Shown here: in pieces, positions 1-12,400 of the stretch | Numbering within the stretch: position 1 is the first letter of the stretch | Layout of the letters: each line of letters begins with the position of its first letter | DNA from: Lytechinus pictus | Lineage: Eukaryota | Direction of reading: 5' to 3' | DNA: 64,000 bases | NCBI RefSeq assembly: GCF_037042905.1 | Contig: NC_087251.1 | Location: 35,218,001 to 35,282,000 of the forward strand | The notes under the pieces: model-generated | The model's database searches: none | Seen by the model: the letters and a program-made list of their open reading frames with translations, nothing else | Told to the model about the DNA's origin: nothing | Made by a program: the position numbers and the translations under genes

Positions 1-133
1 CACATCAAATAATTAAAATTGTAATAACTTTTCTATTCTTCGATGGATTTTCTTAAACCTTTTGCAATATAATATTTTTACTTTTCTGCTATTTTTACAA
101 GAAACTTTTTGTCAGGGTGAACTTTCCCTTTAA
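1..133. mobile_element. Right end of a Kolobok-like non-autonomous DNA element (truncated by window start)
   Basis: Ends ...gaactttccct followed by TTAA; the terminus resembles the TTAA-flanked element at 5136-5516. The left end is not visible. Confidence 0.35.
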
Positions 134-439
134 AGACAATTTAAAAAAAAAGATTGATCATCATGCCCGCCAAATCCCTCTTATCGTTGGAAAGTACACC
201 AATCGCAGCACTGCGCCCCAAACAACTGAAACAACAACAAAACCGGGGAGTGTGCTGTCATTTTTTAATATACAGGGGGAAACTGCATCAGAAACATGTG
301 GGGGAATTGAATAAAATGATATGGCAAGGGGGTGGGGCATTTTATGAAATCTTATGAAATGAATGTTAATTCCATAAAACAGTGAGGGTAAAATTGTGCA
401 ATTTTTGACATTGCCTCAACTGCTGTACCATGCCCCCAA

Positions 440-693
440 CAAGGGCGTAATGAGCCCAAAAAAATTGAGAGGGCCGGGGGGTGGATGAAGCAAAAGTTCT
501 AAAAAGATGCAAGCGAGCAAAAATTTGACACTTTAAATTTAAAAAATATCTAATTTTTGAATAGATTTTGACATAATATTTAATTCATCTCCCTTTATCT
601 TTCTTATTCTCCTTTTTTTTTTTGGGGGGGGGGAGTGTTAAACTTTTGGGGGGCTGTGGGGCCCCAAAGCCCCCCCCCCCCTGTACGCTAGTG
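440..693. mobile_element. hAT-like MITE (family CAGTGGCGTAATGAGCCC...CTGTACGCYAGTG)
   Basis: Termini and poly-G/poly-C interior match the copies at 2841-3143 and 13861-14094; TSD is decayed. Confidence 0.55.
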
Positions 694-2840
694 CACTTCA
701 AGTAAACTGAAACAAAGCAAAAATGCGAAAGTGTGCTGTCATTTTTTAATCTACAGCAGGCTACAGGGAGAAAAACATGCTTCAAAGTTCTAAGGAGAAA
801 TAAAATAAAAGATGATAATATCTCAGCGGTGGCAAAGAAGTGTCATTTCATGTAATCTTATGAAATGAATTTTAATGGTATCATAAAACGGGATTTGGGT
901 GAAATTGCGCCATTTCAAATTACTAAATTGGAGGTAACGTGCATTTGGGTTATGTAGGTTATGCGATACTGTATACTGAACAAACACAAAGTAAATGTGT
1001 ATCACATTTAGCTCTATAAAGGGTAGAATCACGTTAGAAATAAAGTCCTCCGACTTTTACAAGTGACTAAAATGTATTTGCCGATCGAGGGCGGCAATTC
1101 TCTATGGCAGAGATGTATTTTGCCATCTTCGATCATTCATTTAATCCACTTCAAATCAATTACAGACCGATAACATTTTCAACTTATCAATATTCATAGC
1201 AGATGATTATATACAAAGAACAAGTTAATGGCTTACCGAAAGGGAAATACGTCAAAAAGCAATTAAATGTAAAAATTCAGAACAAGCATCTCCTTTGTCT
1301 CCCCCATTTCCTTTTTTTTCATTTCCTGTTTTCTCTCGCTTTATATCCATCGTTAAAAAATAACTTGTCTTCCTCCCCCTGTCCGTGCGCCCACCCTATC
1401 TTTCCTACCCTGATTTCACATTAACAGAGACTCTCACGATTGTGAATCTAACAATTTTTTTTCCTGCTTGTGCTTGAAAAATTATTCGTAAAGTAAACTC
1501 ATTATGCAGTGCACACTTTCAAGGATTTGTCTCTATAAACGTCGAACATAAAAGTATAATGTAAAGTGTATCGAATGTAAGGCAGGGGCGGCGACCCTGG
1601 GGGCACAGTGCCCCCCCCCCCCATTTTTTGAAGCACTGAAAAGTGCTCTTTTTTACGCAAGAAAAATGCCTCCTCACGAACGTGCATGGAAGAGGACCCG
1701 TTTTAGATGTTTCAAAGTGCCCTTTCTCGTATAAAGGCCAATTTTTCCCCAAAAAATAACCCCTCATGGACTTGTTCTTTGCCCTTTTCACCTGAAAGGA
1801 CCCGTTGTATGCGTTAGCATATGCCATATCTCGTGCAGTGCCAAATTTTACCCCAAAATTCCCCCTCACAATGGTCGTGTTCTGTGTTCCTTTCACCTGC
1901 GAAGGACCCGTTTTATGTCTGAGCAAGTGCCCCTTTGCCTTCTTATAGGTGCCCTTTCTCGTATCAGTAACCCTTTTTTCCTAAGAAAAGTGCCCCCACG
2001 AACGTGTTCTGTCATGCTGATACAAAGACCAGCATGACAATTTGTTTATTTTAAGTCTTTTCACTTGCTAATTATCTATAAATACTAACATCCTCTAAAA
2101 GTAAAACAAATGTCTTGTAAATTTGGTCCTTTTTACCCGCATACCAATGGCTTTTCAAGTTTATTTCATACATTACCATATGAATTAACAGGCAGGGCTC
2201 AACTTGCCCCATGTTGGCTGACCCAACTTACCGCAGTCCGAACTTAATGTGGTATTTTTACATCCACACATTTATTACGCATCAATCATGTAAAAGACCA
2301 CAACAACAATAATGAGGATCCATAATTCGAACAAAAATATTGTTAATCTTATGTCTTTATTATATTTAACGATGCGTGTGAGTAAAAAGCGCTCATCTAT
2401 TTCACACCTTTTTTCCCCTCTGAAAAATTATTTTTTGTCTCAACGTTGAAAACAATGTGCATAGCACCACCACAATGTCTGACTCATTCATTATCGGTCT
2501 GGGGTGGTGACTCAACTTACCCTTATGCTCAACTTACCCCGCCCTCCCCTGTAGACTCGCAGTGGCGGATCCAAGAGGCATGTAACCACCGCCCCCCCCC
2601 AAAAAAAAAAAAAGTTTTCCCTCCTATTTTGTCTTTTAGTTTTGAAAACATATTTTTTTTATGGGATGCACCCTGTGAGCGGTGATGAACGTTTTTTTTT
2701 TTGGGGGGGGAGGGGTGGGTTGGTGATTTAATTTCAAAATTCCCCCCCCCCTCCAGTGTCTTGTAAAACCCTGGATCTTGCTTTTGATTTATGATTCTGA
2801 ATTTGAATAAATCTTTAGTTGAGATATATTGTACCTGTAT

Positions 2841-3057
2841 CAGTGGCGTAATGAGCCCAATTTTGTTTTTGTTTGGGGGGGGGGGGGCTAGATATGGCAT
2901 ATCGCATAAGATTTTTAAAAAGTTGCGAGCAAAGAGAGTGAGCAAAAATGTTGACAATTTTATTTCTAACATACCATTTTGTGATAGATGTTGATATAAT
3001 ATTCTGGAAATAATGTCATAATTCACCCTTCTCTCTTTCCTTTTTTTTTCCTGGTCG

Positions 3058-3093
<36 letters not shown>

Positions 3094-3143
3094 GGGGGGG
3101 GGGGGCAAGAGCCCCAAGCCCCCCCCCCATCTGTACGCCAGTG
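2841..3143. mobile_element. hAT-like MITE with 8-bp TSD
   Basis: Starts cagtggcgta and ends tacgccagtg; perfect 8-bp TSD acctgtat at 2833-2840 and 3144-3151. Confidence 0.8.
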
Positions 3144-3362
3144 ACCTGTATGTTCAAATGTTAGGGAAACCCAACAACATTGATTAAGAAATATCAAATT
3201 TATAGGGATTCAAAGTCTCAATGACCATGTTGATATTTTGGTGACTTTCTTTGTCGAGACACGTGGGGAAACCTAAAAAAACAAACAAAAAAAACCTTGA
3301 AACATTGATAACATTGTGTACAGATCATACAGCAGGTTTTATCTTTACATGTAGTTATCATA

Positions 3363-3579
3363 GGCGGCTCCATAACATTTGCTCCGGCAACAACCGCTCC
3401 AGTGGAAAATCTGCACGTTAAGCCAAACATAAAACCTAACCTCAAAATCTAAATAAACCCTAATCCTAATCTTTGCATTATTCTGAACCAAAAACTCTAT
3501 TACAATCCTAAGTCTAACCCTATGCCTTCTGAGATATTGAGACCGGAGGAAATGTCCCAGGAGCAAATGTCGTGTCACC
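3363..3579 (+). mobile_element. Short interspersed DNA element with subterminal inverted repeats and degenerate (AACCCT)n core (possibly Helentron/HINE-like)
   Basis: acatttgctcc...ggagcaaatgtc inverted pair around aaccctaatcct-type repeats; second copy at 38363-38578. Confidence 0.55.
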
Positions 3580-3794
3580 ATCATGGGCATATCGGGTTTT
3601 GATATCGAAGAAAATATAAGCCACTCTATAAAACCAAGATCTTAAGGAGTTGGATGGCCCCGGGTAAGGACTTTATGAATTATTGCCGATGTGACCATAT
3701 ACTTTGCACTTACACGTATTACCGATCATAATCATTGTTCGACCCCGTAATCATCTTGTTAATGAGCGGAGAAAAATAAGCACTGCCTCGAAAA

Positions 3795-4392
3795 CCCGGG
3801 GGGGGGGGGGGCACTTGCATTGACGAGGGATACCATGCGCGACCCCCCCCCCCCAAAAAAAAAAAAAAACATAAAAAGGATGTCTTTTTCAATATAGGGC
3901 ACGTTACGTACGTAACGTAATAAGGGTGTAAAAAACACTAAAATAATGAAAAAGGGTATCTATTTCGCTAGGAAAGCTACGTGTTTAGGTTCGAACTTGC
4001 GAGGGTATAAAAAATACTAATTTTTTTTTTATAAAGGATGTACTTTTTGCCCCAAGAGTCAACATTACATGTTTTTAGTCCGATTTGCGCGAGTTGTGGG
4101 AGGTGGGGCCGAGGCCGTATACTAAACCCAATTATGTAGGTAAAGGTAAAACCGACGACCGAAGTCCGTGACATATATAACAATTAAAATATCGTTGTGT
4201 ACTTGTTGAGGAGTTCAATTCAGAGAATACTTGCAAAGGTTATCGGTTTTTTCCAATAGTTGTTAAGGGTATATAGGGTTTCACACGCCAATAGGGGTGC
4301 ATTTTCAGAATATGAAAAATACCTGTTTAGGGTGCTTTTCGAGACCCCATGGTCGCGCATGGTATCCACTCGTCAATGGAAGTGCCCCCGGG
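3795..4392. mobile_element. MITE with CCCGGG-terminal TIRs (unclassified, 8-bp TSD)
   Basis: TIR cccggg(G)n-cacttgcattgacgag.gataccatgcgcgacc versus ggtcgcgcatggtatccactcgtcaatggaagtgcccccggg; decayed TSD ctcgaaaa/ctctaaat; homologous to 12732-13316. Confidence 0.75.
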
Positions 4393-4465
4393 CTCTAAAT
4401 GTAGAAATCTAATTTTATTATATGTCAAGTGTCGGTATCAGGATGGGGTATACAAGACCATCTAA

Positions 4466-7400
4466 TTTTCATTTCATTTCATTTATTTCCATATTCAATT
4501 AAAAACAAACATAATCATCAAATCACAAACAAGAATATATACATATATATCACATACAGAAAAAACACCTATAAAAATAGAAAGAAAGTGAGAGAAGGCT
4601 AATTTACATACATATAAAAAATACATAACAAATTGAAATATGGTGGAAACACCAAAAACCACGGGGGCTTATCGAGGGTATTCCCATACGATTAAAATAC
4701 AAATTAAACGTATTTTTTATGAAGAGATGTCAAAGCCAAGATAGAAAGAGAAAGAGTGAGGAGAAAAGACTGTAAAGGAAATGAAAATGAGATTGCATAG
4801 TAAACAGGAGAGATTGACACACTGCATGTAGCATGTTTCTAAAAAAATCTATTAATTATCATTTTGCAGTATATAGTATTTATATTTTCTTTTAAATGAT
4901 GACAAAGTCGGACATAATTGTAGCTCAAGTGGGATACTGTTCCAGCATTTAGTACCCATGAATATAATAGTTGTTCTTGAGAACTTCAATTTCAATAAAG
5001 GTAAACGTATATCCCCCTTGGCCCTAGTACTGTATGAATGAATTGCACTATTTTGGGTAAACAAATTGTTGAAAATTGACGGTATTAAACCTTTAAAATA
5101 GGAATGCATGAATATTGCCAATTGCAATTTATTAAAGTGATTGGTTAACATTGGTTTGACTTTTAAAAAATCTGAGCTAGAAGGTCACACTTGTCACCTG
5201 TGTCTGTGATATGTTACGAAAATGAAGCCCAGAAAAAATTGCGTTCGAAAATACTTATTTAGTGCTTCAAAAATTGAAATGACCGAAAGTGACCGAAAAC
5301 ACCATCTTAATTTCATCCCATACACTTATGTGTACTATTTAGGCGTCTATAAGACGCCTATTTACAAAATCGGGGTTTGCCTTGTAGTTTTAGCTTTTCA
5401 TTCTCAATAATGGTTGTTTTCAGGGTTTATTAGTTCTAATACATGCACTTGTACACATGTTTCATCTTGGTTTGAGAATTTTTTAAATCGGCTGCTCACA
5501 AAGTTAAACAATACCTTTAAGCTGAAAAATTGTTAAAACATTTAAATTCTTAAAAAGAGGAGAGCTATGGCTAAGTGGTGGAACATTACACATTACCCTT
5601 ATTGCACGCTTTTGGAGTATATACAGTCTATTTAAGATAGTTATTCCACAATTTCCCCACACAATATTGCAGTATGATAAATGGGGTAATATCATTGTAT
5701 TATATAACAATACTAGTACTTTTCTAGGAACAATACATTTTATACAGTTGATCATACCAATAGCCTTAGCTATTTTTGAGGAGATGTCATTTACATGGTT
5801 TTTCCAGGTGAGTTTTTCATCAATTGTTACTCCCAGGAATTTAGTTTGTTCTACCTTTCTAATAAAACGATTGCCAATTTGAATTTTTAGTACCGGATTA
5901 TTTGTTATAAAATTTTTGGACTTAAAAACCATAAAAGATGTTTTCTCCAAATTAATTGATAAACGATTCGCTAAAAACCATCCATGAATTTTTTGTAGTT
6001 CAGAATTTGCAATGTTAATTGTGTCATTTAAATTTTTACCTGAAATGAATAAATTTGTATCATCTGCAAACATAATAGAATGGAAATGGCTATACTCACA
6101 TAATTAAAATCATTAACAAATAATAAAAACAACAACGGGCCGAGGATCGATCCTTGCGGAACCCCTGTATTCAAAATCATTTCATGAGATTATACATTTC
6201 CTGTATATACATATTGTTTCCTATTAAAAAGATAGCTTTCAAACCATGTGTGAATATTTCCTCTTATGCCATTTTTTCAATAAGATTGCATGATCAATAC
6301 AGTCGAACGCCTTCGACAGATCTAAACAAATTCCAATTAAATGCTTTCTCTGCTCAAAAACACTGGCAAGATAAGTGGTAAATTCTAAAAGTGCAGAACT
6401 TGTTGAATGGCCCTGTCTAAAGCCAAACTGGTGTTTATACAAAATATTATTTTTTTCAATGTAATTTATTAATTTGTTATAAACAACTTTTTCAAATGTT
6501 TTAGCAAAAACAGATAAAAGAGATATTGGCCTATAATTTGATATTATTGCTTTTTCACCTTTTTTATAGACCGGAACTATTTTTGCTACCTTCAAGTGAT
6601 CAGGAAATATTCCCGAGTCTAGTGAGTAATTAAAAATATTGCAGGGTGGATGTATAATAAAATAAATAGATTTCTTGAAAACTTCAATACTAATTTCATC
6701 AGATCCAGGACTCTTGTTGATTTTAAAAGATTTAACGACATCAATAACGTCAGAAATACTCACTGGAGACATGAATAATGAATTACTTACTCTATTTTCC
6801 ATGTAAAATGAAAAATCTATGTCACTTGAAGGCATGTCATTATTAAGTTTAGATCCTATTGTACTAAAATAGCTATTAAACCGGTTTGCAATTTCTTGTG
6901 TATCTTCTATTGTTACATTATCATCTTTAATCATTGTACATTGCACCTTGGTGTTACGCTTATTCATAACTTCATTAAATGTTTGCCATGTTTTTTTCAT
7001 GTCACCATTTAAATGATTGAATTTATTTATATAATATTTCCTTTTGCACTTTCTCACTTCAGTGTTAAAAGCATTTCGACACTCCTTGTACTTATTTTTC
7101 TTACATAATGATTGGTTTTTAATATACTTTCGGTACAGATTATGTTTCTTCACACACAACTTGCGTAGTTTGCTATTAAACCATGGTTTATTCTGTTTAA
7201 CTTTACATTTTAATTTCTTTGAAAGGGAAGCATTCACTATACAATTCCTTGTATCTATTTAAAAATTGGTTAAATCTGTCAGTAACATCAATTAACTCAT
7301 AAATATATCCCCAATCTTGCTTGCCCAATTCTGTTCAGAAGTGTGGAAGTGAATCAGAATTTATATCACGTTTTAGGCAAGGAGAATTGTGTATGTTGCA

Positions 7401-8160
7401 CTCTTGAAATTTTGAAATAAAAAATATTGCACAGTGATCACTAAAATCACAAGTAAGGACTCCCGAGAGACAAACATTGCTATTTACATTGGTAAAAACA
7501 TTATCAATTAGTGTCGCGCTCTCAGGAGTAACTCGGGTGGGCTTCGAAATTAAAGGATTAAACGAGAAAGATGATAATAAATCTAAAAAGGTATCAGATG
7601 ACACAGAATTACATAACAGGTTGATATTAAAATCTCCAAGGAAGTAACATTTTTTCTTTTCAGATAAAACATTTTGTAAAATTTGCTCTAAAATATCAAA
7701 GAAAGTTGGAAGTGATTTGTCTGGAGGTCTGTAAAAGACATATATTAGCATATTTTGATCCTTGTTATGCCTGTAATGAACAATTTCAATACAGATGTAT
7801 TCTAAAGCATCGTCTATGATTTCAAGATCAGTACGTCTTATAAATCTTATGTCATTACGAATATAAATACCAACACCTACTCCACGTTTATGAGAACGGT
7901 TTTTGGCAAGAAAGGCATAATTATAAATATTTAAAAAAGAACAGTCACCGTCTTTCAGCCAGGTTTCAGTTAAACCTATAACTGAAAATTTATTATTAAA
8001 ACAGTCAAGATACATACTTAGGGAATTAAAAATTTCCTTAAGGCTCCTACAATTTATATGAATCATGGAGAGATTTTCCTTATTTGAATGTTTACTAGTA
8101 TTTAATTCATTGGGGGTTATATAGGGGGACTCAAAAGGAAATCTATCTGACATCATCATA
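4466..8160 (-). mobile_element. Decayed L2/CR1-clade LINE (APE endonuclease + reverse transcriptase ORF2, frameshifted)
   Basis: ORF 7335-8159 has APE motifs (HINCRSL, IGLTETWL, YRPP, GDFNI, LIDNVF, SDH). ORFs 6239-7237, 5504-6073 and 4852-5151 have RT motifs (NYRPISLL, QFGFR, DLSKAFD, FADDT, KFLGV), with [10 protein letters not shown] between them. The 3' tail reads AATAAA+(GAAAT)n on the minus strand at about 4466-4490. Confidence 0.93.
5136..5516. mobile_element. Kolobok-like MITE inserted in LINE ORF2
   Basis: TTAA on both sides (5132-5135, 5517-5520); imperfect TIRs agtgattggttaacattg / caaagttaaacaatacct. Removing it restores the ORF2 reading IFQL-NKLQLAIFM. Confidence 0.75.
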
Positions 8161-9287
8161 GTAAGAGATGGTAAGATAATTATGAATATACTGCTGCAAG
8201 TGTTTTCTAAAATTACAATACATTTTGAAGTTCAAGCCACACAGTGTGAATAACAATTAAGTACAACAGGATATATTAGGATAAAAAAAAGAAAGGAAAA
8301 AAAATCACAAAGAAAAACAAAAAAAAGCCACAACAAACAAAACAATGTAAATATCGTTAAAAACAACAACAATGTCAAGATAAATAGAACAGTTAATGAT
8401 CAGTTCGCAAAGAAATATAAATACAATTATCTGGTGAATAAGTATCCTTCCAGGAACAACAAAATGTTGAAGTTTAGTCAGTCAGACTTTTAATGAATAT
8501 GTAGAGTTACACGACCTATATACATTTCTGTTGTGTTTTCTCTTTTACTTTTCTCTTTCTTTTCTTTCTCTTTTCTTTTAATCTTCTTTTTTTTTCTCAA
8601 CTAAAACATCACTGGGGATGGGGCGGCCGCCCTGTTGCCATGTATCATATAGATAATGAAAAATTTATTTACTTTGAGAACCAGCACGTTTTACTCTCTT
8701 TAAACAATTTTTTAAAGGTCCATAAAAGTGAGCGCAGAGAGCGAGGAATTAAACCTCTATAGTTTTATTTTAAACTGAGTAAATTTGTCATCAACAGGCT
8801 GTTTTACTCCCAAAATATCATGCATTTCAAAACAATGGAACACATCGAGCGAGAAAAAAAAAGAATTGCAAGCGCAATGCCAACCCCGTCCCCCCCCCCC
8901 CCCCTCTAAAAAAAATAGAAAAAAAATCAAACACGATATTAAATTTTAAGTTATTGAAAGCCGTATAACATTGTTGATATTATTTGAGGGATGGGGCGGG
9001 GATCTGATGGGGCGAATGTTCGAGCACTATTCGCCTATCAAATTCCTAGAACAAACAAATTCGTGAAGCTTAGTACATAAAATCCATGGTTATACGAGAC
9101 TCGTGTCCTAAAGTGCTGAAATTGTTAACCTTTCCAAGAGATAAATGGAAGTATATAAAATTCTTTACAACGCTTATTCGGGTGATTTTATCGCTCTAGA
9201 TAAGGTTGTAAACTTTGTCTCTCCGTCGTACATACAGTAGGCTAGGGGCTATTTCTTGTTAGTGCAAAATTTTCTTCGTGTTCTGCA

Positions 9288-9413
9288 ATGGCACAATCAG
9301 GCTTGTCTCGGAAGGAAAAGATCCAATTGTGGTGGGGACTTACGAGGAAATATGTCTTCATTGCTTTAGTTCTCATAACATTATGCCCGATACCAATAGT
9401 TATAAACACCCAG
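9288..9413 (+). CDS. SLC13A5-like: Gene A exon 1 ([17 protein letters not shown]...PIVINTQ)
   Basis: ATG at 9288, donor CAG|gtaagc; homologous to gene B exon 1. A possible acceptor (ttgttag) lies just upstream, so a 5'UTR exon is not excluded. Confidence 0.85.
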
Positions 9414-12400
9414 GTAAGCAAGTTGATGAGTAGTTACAACTAGCTCCCGTTTTGTGGAAAACTATACTTTATTGCTAAGTAATTTCCATTGGTCTGTAGT
9501 TCAGTTTTCAAAGAGAAAGTCGCTGTATGGAATGAATTATTACTCCTTTCTTATATAAATTGCAGTATACTGTCATTATATTCACAGTTGGTGTAACTTT
9601 TTTTAATGTAATCATTGCTAACTTACTTCAAAATCAAAGTTCAGATTTATTTGCGATTAAAACCTTTCAAGGTGCGATCGTTAAACACAGAAAAAAAGCG
9701 TTATATACGACCTGGTTATGGACTGATCAGGTTTAAAGTGCTTTGTAGTATTATGATTACAGTAATTTCCGTTTTTACTGATGTCACTTCCAGCATGCTC
9801 CATGCATCACCTGAACAAACAAAAAATCGCTCAATTCACTTAGTTTTGTGTCAAAGTGACTAGTCTCCTAGTCCAAGTAACTAATTCCAAGTCTAATAAA
9901 ATAACTAAATCCTAGTCAAATTAAATGACTCGTAGCTGAGTCAAATTAACTTATTCCGAGTCAAATAACACAATCCGACTTAAAGTGACTAATTTCCAAG
10001 TCTTAGTAATTAATTCCGAGTTAAATGTATATAGACCCTCAACATGACCATTTGTTAATAGATGGGATATGTGGCCTTCACCATCTTCTTGATGGGGACC
10101 TTCTGGGTGACGGAGGTGATACCCTTACCAGTCACAGCACTCATCCCGATAGTTCTCTTCCCTCTCTTTGGTATACGTGACTCGCCTACCGTCGTAGAGC
10201 AGTATTTTAAGGATGTCACCTACATGGTCTTTGGGGGTCTGATCCTCGCCGCCGCCATCGAGCACCAGAACCTTCATCGTCGCTTCGCTCTTCGGGTATT
10301 GCTCCTGTTTGGAACGGATTCTAAGAGGTAAGGAGCTGGATCTATAGTGCATGGTAACCAGGAGTGGATTTGATGGTTTCAAGGTCATTGTCATTGTTAA
10401 GCGGCAAATGGCCTTTGATGGGGATTAGAGGTATCGTGTGAATATCCATAAATCATTTGGAATCATCTTCTCCGCATTATCTTCATAATAATAATAACGG
10501 TAGTAAATTATATTCAATTCCAGTGGCGTATCTCGGACAAACGGCGCAAGGGGTAAGTGCTAAAATAGCGCCCCTTTCAAAGTGTATTATATATGGGAGT
10601 GCGAATATTTTTCAATGTTAGGACATATTTTTTTTGTAATCATAAAATGATTTGTAGCTAACTAAACAATGATTGCGAGCGCGAAACGCGAGCTGAAAAT
10701 TATTGATATTCAGACCCTTTTGGGGTATTTCATTTGATAAATCGACCTAATACGAGGGCGAACCTCGAGCCTAGTTTTTTCAATATTAGTGTTTTAAATC
10801 CATTCCCCCATAGCATGCAATAAGTGAGATGGGGTAAAACCAAAGTATTATAGGCCTATTTTTGTGAGAAAGAATGATATTGGTGTCATCTGCAGAGTAT
10901 GAAATTAAGAATTGACGATGATGATGAAAATAACAATTATTAATTATTATTACATCATCATAATTATCTTCACCATCATGATAATCAGAAGTTGAATAGT
11001 AATAGTAGTGCAGTAGTAGGAGCAGCAGTAATAAGCTTTAGTAGTTTGAGCAGTAGTAGAAATAGTAGAAATAGCAATTATAGTAAAAGGTATAGTTCAA
11101 TGTCAAAGGTATTTTTTTTTCTTTTAGTTTCAGTGGGCGTTTTTACCAAAAATTTTTACCATGTGTACATGGTGTACGATGTTTCCATTCCGAAAACAAG
11201 ATCACAAGACAGTTTTACCAGTTTTATGATATCGATAAGCTTATTTCGTCGGGTTTGACCTCTTTTCACCCATAATCGTCAACAAACCAGTTCAACTTCG
11301 TGTTAATGACCGTGACTTAATTTCTTTAACTCCTGCACAGTATATCCGGTGCTACCAAAATGGTCAAGGTGAATTTGAAGGAGATTAATGATGGCCACTG
11401 TCGACTAAGTTTAGTCGAAGAAGTAGTAGTAGTAGAAGAAAACTGTAGTAGTGTAAAATGGTAATGATAGGAGTATAGTATGCAGTCATCAGTGTATTCT
11501 TGAAAATTACACTAAAGACCTTGTCATACTTTTTGGAATCATCGACCTGTAGGTCCATGTTGGAATCAAGCAGATAAGGCCGGAATGTACGAACTGTTGT
11601 TCGACCACAAACTAGTCAAACCCGGTCCTCCTTCCAGCCTGCCCCGGCTCCACAGCTTTCACAATGCGTTCAAATTGTTTCGAATGCATCTTAGAGGCTG
11701 TTCACACCGCAAGGGGGGACCGTGGGCGGACCGTGGATCGCGCTATCGTAGCGCGATCCACGGTCCGCCCATTGGCATTCGCCGGATTCACACCGCAGTG
11801 AGATAGCGCGGTCTATCGTAGCACCCCCTTTTTTGAGAGGTCCTGTTGCCATGACGCGTGACGTCATGAGGTCAGAGCGGTCAAAGATTTCGCGCGCTAT
11901 TACGAACCCGTACTAGTTAGTTGAGAGCTCGATATCGCTGTGCCTATTATGCTAGCCGGCCTACGTTTATTTCATGGCGTTGTATACATTGTGCATGTAT
12001 TTCTAATTTGATTAATCTAGATTCTAGACTCTTGTATTTTAACTGTGTTTGTGGACGTGATCACAGCAGGATCGCAGCAGGATTATGGATGTACCTGTAA
12101 CTTTAGATATACAACAACTTCCGGCGTGCTATCGTAGCTCGGGTTCACACCGGCAGAGATAGCGCGATCTAGCGCGCGCTAGACCGCGCTATCTCTCGTG
12201 GACCACCCCCAAGAGGTGCTCCAGTGGCACGCCGTTTTGGCTCGCCGTGGCTCGCTGTTGGGCGGACCGAAACGACGTTGTACCTTCCACACCGCAGAGA
12301 TAGCGCGATCTAGCGCGCGCTAGATCGCGCTATCTCTGCCGGTCTGAACAGGCTCTTGGATGTTGTATGAACACATTTTGGTAACTGCACATTTTGATAA

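Noticed and set aside
2529..3197. 222-aa ORF with poly-K/P/G
   Set aside because: Reads through homopolymer tracts of MITEs; no protein family features.
3420..3525. Interstitial telomere or fusion site
   Set aside because: The degenerate AACCCT repeats are the core of a dispersed element also present at 38363-38578.
4466..8160. Active or domesticated reverse transcriptase gene
   Set aside because: Multiple frameshifts and stops plus a MITE insertion; an ordinary dead LINE.
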